Origin: Eledone cirrhosa
Lineage: Eukaryota
Assembly (NCBI GenBank): GCA_964016885.1
Contig: OZ024758.1
Coordinates: 20,894,001 to 20,958,000 of the forward strand
Direction: 5' to 3'
DNA length: 64,000 nucleotides
Below, piece after piece: positions 57,869 to 64,000 of this stretch (positions are counted from its first letter, which is position 1; every line of letters begins with the position of its first letter). Below the pieces are notes generated by a model. It had not been told where the DNA came from and made no database searches. It saw only the letters and a program-made list of their open reading frames with translations. Both the position numbers and the translations under genes were made by a program.

Positions 57869-57896
57869 TTTATATATGTATATGTATATATATACG

Positions 57897-57971
<75 letters not shown>

Positions 57972-57979
<8 letters not shown>

Positions 57980-58384
57980 AGATCAAAAGATGGTTAAAGG
58001 AGTTCAATATATTTTATTATGCGCATTTCAAAAACAAACATCATCAAACAATAATATTTGTGTTTTCATCAGATAAAACAGGAGAACATGATATGAAGGC
58101 TAAAAAAACACTTGTTGATAGTGCAGTTTTAAATCAACATATAAAACTGCACTATCAACAAGTGTTTTTTTAGCCTTCATATCATGTTCTCCTGTTTTAT
58201 CTGATGAAAACACAAATATTATTGTTTGATGATGTTTGTTTTTGAAATGCGCATAATAAAATATATTGAACTCCTTTAACCATCTTTTGATCTTATATTA
58301 TGCATACTCCAGTCCCACAAACTGTAGAGTGCTTCTTATCCGATATCTGCATTGCTTTATTGTACTACAATAAAACTCACCTCC

Positions 58385-58386
<2 letters not shown>
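57972..58386 (+). mobile_element. Perfect 160-bp fold-back element with intact HHR and ~85-bp tail
   Basis: Arms 57972-58131 / 58142-58301, 10-nt spacer, no mismatch seen; related diverged fragment at ~53826-53905. Confidence 0.92.
58195..58261 (+). ncRNA. Type I hammerhead ribozyme motif (mirror on - at 58012-58078)
   Basis: ttttat-CTGATGA(58201)-aaac acaaatatt...gatgtttgt tttt-GAAA(58244)-tgcgca-TA-ataaaa; palindromic minimal stem III. Confidence 0.8.
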
Positions 58387-58446
<60 letters not shown>

Positions 58447-58458
58447 TATATATATACG

Positions 58459-58545
<87 letters not shown>

Positions 58546-59352
58546 TCACACACATCCAAATGCAACCTTGTGTTTATATACATATATATACATATGTGTG
58601 TGTGCGTGTGTGTGTGTGTGTGTGTATCAGCCATGCTAGTTTTAGAAAATGAAAGCAGGAATATAGTCCGTTAGTGGTACATATTATTCCTTCTCATTTA
58701 TGAATCATTTTCTCTCTCAGGCTTGCTCTCACCATTGCCAATTCACAACAGGAAATATGTATAACAATATTTCCTTTCATTTTGTGAGAAAGTGCCTCAT
58801 GTGACTCACTTAAATGCTTAACCAAATCCTACATATTCGAAATCTTTACGTACTCAGTTTTTATCATTATAATGTCCTGACTTCATGCCCATATACTTCC
58901 TCCATTCAACATGTTTACTTTGCCTTTAATACAGACCAAACAGATTACGTTTTCACATCCTCGGGGAAATCATTTCAAGCATTCATGATGACAATCAAAT
59001 AAACACATTTAAACACTAGGAATATGCACCACTTTGGTCTGGCAATATTGCAAATACTGAAAACAATTTTAGATTGGGTAAACAGATTGCTTGAAATTCA
59101 TTTGCTACAGTACAGTATAAACTAATCTGATCAATAACAATAACAAGCAAACAAATAGCCGCCATAACAAATATAACCTTAACAGGATAATAGCATCAAC
59201 AGTTCTACGTGCAATATCACATCCGTCTTCTTCTACTTCTCTTTATAATATATATATATATATATTGTAATAATTATTACGAGGACCAACATCTAAAGAG
59301 ACCACGATATGGATTATCTATATGTATATATATATATATATATATATGTATT

Positions 59353-59423
<71 letters not shown>

Positions 59424-59429
59424 TATATA

Positions 59430-59481
59430 AATAATAAATAAATATATTTATTATTTGTCCCTATTACAGTATGTTCTGAGA

Positions 59482-59541
<60 letters not shown>

Positions 59542-59552
59542 TATATATATAT

Positions 59553-59603
<51 letters not shown>

Positions 59604-59618
59604 GTATAAATATGTATA

Positions 59619-59675
<57 letters not shown>

Positions 59676-59697
59676 TTTGTTATCCTTTATATTATAC

Positions 59698-59748
<51 letters not shown>

Positions 59749-59787
59749 TATATTTATTATTTGTCCCTATTACAGTATGTTCTGAGA

Positions 59788-59827
<40 letters not shown>

Positions 59828-59903
59828 TTATATTATATATATATATTATATATATATATGTATATATATATATATACATATATATATATGTATAATATGT
59901 ATA

Positions 59904-60000
<97 letters not shown>

Positions 60001-60015
60001 AAGGATAACAAAATA
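59430..60015. repeat. TA tract with duplicated and inverted short unique inserts
   Basis: tttattatttgtccctattacagtatgttctgagattc occurs twice about 306 bp apart; ttttgttatcctttatatta at ~59675 and its reverse complement at ~59995. Confidence 0.8.
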
Positions 60016-60386
60016 TCAAAATATCATTATAGTAATCCAGTTAGAGGTTGTGAATACTTCTTATTATGGATAGTTTTAGCGTACGGCGTTGTCTGAGTCA
60101 ACAAGAGCCGAGTAGATGGCGAGTTTATGGTTTCACTTGTATTCCTATGTAAGTTTACCTTGGAGTAATAACATTGAAAATGTGAAGAATAACATGGTCA
60201 ACAGTACAAAAAAGGGGAATTCATTTACAGTCTAACAATTGTTTCTCTGATTAATTTGTCTAAAAATTGCTGAACACTAGAAGCAGTGTCACTCAATTTT
60301 AAATACGATGTTATCTCAATCAGAACATCATATATATATATATATATATACATATGTGTGTGTGTGTGTGTGTTTGTGTATGTGGG

Positions 60387-60443
<57 letters not shown>

Positions 60444-60660
60444 GCTAAAGAGCCCAAATGTGGCATGGTTGCTGGAGAGGTGGAAAATCTGGTCGAGCTG
60501 ATAAAGGCCTCAAATATAGAACGTATAATATGGCTGACTCATGAGCGCCGTGTGGCCGAGATAGAAATGTAGGGGAAATTAATTCCAATTTTAGATGGAT
60601 CTCCATAAAAGTAGGTCTATACTAGGGGTTTCCTTTCAATTCTCTTTCTCTCTCTCTCAC

Positions 60661-60724
<64 letters not shown>

Positions 60725-60907
60725 ACTCACTCACTCACTCACTCACTCTCTTTCTCTCTCTCACTCACTATCTCTTCCTCTCTCTCTCTCTCTCTTTCTT
60801 TCCTTCTGAATATATATATATATATATATAAAATGTCATTGGTGGCCATGATGGGAAGTCATGTTGATGTTGGTCATGATGGCGATGATAATGACTTTGA
60901 TCATAAC

Positions 60908-60953
<46 letters not shown>

Positions 60954-61604
60954 ATGGTGATAATGCTGATGAGGATGTTGATAAAGTAGGTTTTGTTAAT
61001 TGAGAAATGACAATTCAAGTTTCGAATCAATAAATGGATATACTATAAGCATTACACATGATCTCAATGACAGATAAAACCGTGATATTATCAATAGTAA
61101 ATATACAAATATACTAACAATAACAGCATATACAATATCTACAGCGACAAAATAAGAAATAATGAAAACTTGAAAGTGGCATGTGATTATCGAAGTTATT
61201 TGCTATACAATGCTATTCAAAATAGGGCCATAAATGTCCAGTTCATAATAAAGATGCCTTATAAATTCGTATGAGGTATATTCAAACACTATATGAAAGA
61301 AATCATTGGCTGTGCTTCTTGTAAAGATCGCCAGATATATGTTTATTTGTGTAAGCATTTATGAATCTATTTAAATATATTTTAATCACTATGCTGCTAT
61401 ATATGGCACTTCAGCCAAAGAATTATCTATAAATTCGCATATACAGGATTCTATCAATATTTCACGCAAGGTGCCAGTTATCATACGTTCAAAACATCAA
61501 TATAACTATAGCGAATAAGCATATGTTTGCTTTTGTATACTTCTCTATTTCTCGCATGCTTTCTGCCGCTAGGGCCACATTCTGAAACATACATACACAC
61601 AAAG

Positions 61605-61672
<68 letters not shown>

Positions 61673-61819
61673 TAAATTCAGCGAGAATTGTATTTCGGGT
61701 GGTAGAAAAAGCGAAACGAAACGCAAAATCGTAGACATGGTGGCAAGCGATCCAATATATACACACACACATATGTATATATATATGTATACAAACAAAT
61801 TATAAACGTAAACATGTAA

Positions 61820-61876
<57 letters not shown>

Positions 61877-61961
61877 TGTTCTGATATAATCTAATAATCT
61901 ATCAACGACATTTATAGATATCTTTCTTTTTTATAGATACCCATTCTAAGGGCATTACAAA

Positions 61962-62122
61962 TAATTGTTTCTACTCGTTGGCACAAGGCCACCAATTACC
62001 TACTGCCTACTGGTGCTTTATGTTATCGAACCCGTAAGGGTGAAAGGCAAAGTTAACCTCGGCGGGATTTGAACTTAGATCGTAAAGGGACGTATCTATG
62101 CTGGAAAGCATGTCCGACCCTC
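61962..62122 (-). mobile_element. SINE family A, 5'-truncated
   Basis: ataattgtttctac...gaaaggcaaagttaacctcggcgggatttgaac. Confidence 0.9.
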
Positions 62123-62714
62123 TAAATAATGCCTGTTGTTTGGAATAAGTCTGTATTTCTACAGTTTCTGCAAATTCATTCTATTTTACTTTTTTGCAAT
62201 ACGTATCAGCATGTCCGTTTTACTTGTGGCTGTACCTGTTAACTTGCTATATCTGATCTTCTCTGTCCCCCTCTGTCTCTCTTTATATATATATATATAT
62301 GAGAGTGAGTAAGTGTGTGTACCTGTGTTGGTGTATTTGAGAAGAAGAGTAAAAACTGAAAAGCGTAGTTTACTAGTAGAAAAGAAACAAATATAATATC
62401 CAGAATTCGATTAAGAAAATGAGAAACATTCTATGAAGAAAAACATAAATCATTATAACCAACATACGTCAGTGCTACAGAGTGAATGTAGAAAAAAAGA
62501 CAGTGAAAATAACAACAAACAATGATGAAGAAATGCCAGAGAGAAATGTACTGGAGGAGCCATTATAATAGAGAATGTGAGACAGATATTGCGGAATTTA
62601 CAAAAGGAATAATTGAATTAGAATTATCAAAAGATCGGAAATAGGGGAAATAAGGTATGTTGTCAGAGAATTTCTTTAAAATCATTGTGTGAGAGATGGT
62701 AGCAATATACATTA

Positions 62715-62962
<248 letters not shown>

Positions 62963-64000
62963 ACCATACATACACAAACACACACACACACACATACCCA
63001 CACATACACACACGCGCACAGACGCACATATATATAATATGTACACATATATATATGCATATATATATATATACACATATGTATGTGTACACATATATAT
63101 ATATATATATATATTTATAAAAGACTCCAGTCGATTTTCGATTTCATCTTTTTTCCTTCTAGTTTCACTCGTGTAGACCTTGTTTAGTTTTCGTTTTGTA
63201 AAAAAAAACTCACTTTCTAATATATATATATATATATACACACATACATGGAAATGTATATGAAGTTCTGAGTTTAAATTCATGTTGATGATTTAGAATT
63301 ATGAAGTGAGCATGGTAATTATATATATTAATTAGAGTGAAACATCAAATAGAACATTATCTATAGCTAATAAAATTGAATGTTTGTTATATGTGCATAG
63401 AAAGAAAGAAGAAAGCTGGATTGGTGGAAGGAACCATGACAAGGTTTATAAACATGGACATAGAATGAGCAAGTAATAATTAAGAAGGAACATGAGATTG
63501 AGAGAGAGAGACACAGTGAGAGAGAGTGAGATTGTGTGTGTATGTGAGAGAGAGAAAGAGAACGAACTAATTAGAAAGGCAAAGTGAAAACATTTAAGTG
63601 TAATATATAGAGGCAATAAAAAGAACGTCAAAGAAATATGCTACATAGAAATGAACGCTGAACTGAAGAAAGACATAACAAAGAGAAAGTAGCTGAATAT
63701 AAATATTGTCAGAATCCAAAGAAAAGATTAGTAGAGAAGAGAATGCAAACGTAATGGAAGAAATAGAACTAAAGGAATGCTTCTGTTGGTTTTCATATCA
63801 AAATAGAACACTATTGATTCAGTCTTTCGCTGAATCTAAATTCAATTTTAAACTTGAAGATCAAAAGTTAATTCAAGAAAGGAAATTGAAATTGCAAATC
63901 CTGTTTTATTTTTATATTTTTATAGTTTATATTTTATAGTTTAAATTTCATAGTTTATATGTTATAGTTTATATTTTATAGTTTATATTTTTATTATTAT

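Overview
Gene-poor, very AT-rich eukaryotic DNA. The SINE families and repeat landscape resemble octopod cephalopods (inference from recognition, not verified). I cannot support any intact host protein-coding gene, rRNA, tRNA gene or CRISPR array. Most listed ORFs are translations of (TA)n, (CA)n, (GA)n, (ATC)n or (CTA)n microsatellites. Transposon content: about 20 copies of one tRNA-derived SINE (many with target-site duplications (TSDs) beginning with ATTAT); a second CORE/V-type SINE; a young 5'-truncated RTE-type LINE (21738-23690) plus two shorter copies; Tx1- and CRE-like LINE remnants; a non-autonomous Helitron 3' end; and three distinct Naiad-like Penelope (GIY-YIG) remnants. The most notable signal is a dense set of short non-coding elements, mostly embedded in (TA)n tracts, that carry type I hammerhead ribozyme (HHR) motifs. 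About 8 have intact or near-intact cores and about 8 more are degenerate. Many are fold-back palindromes (inverted copy of the 3' end, then the HHR end, then a tail), and some have terminal direct repeats. They look like a multi-family, microsatellite-targeting population of Penelope-end or retrozyme-like mini-elements. All folds were made by eye, and ribozyme activity is untested.
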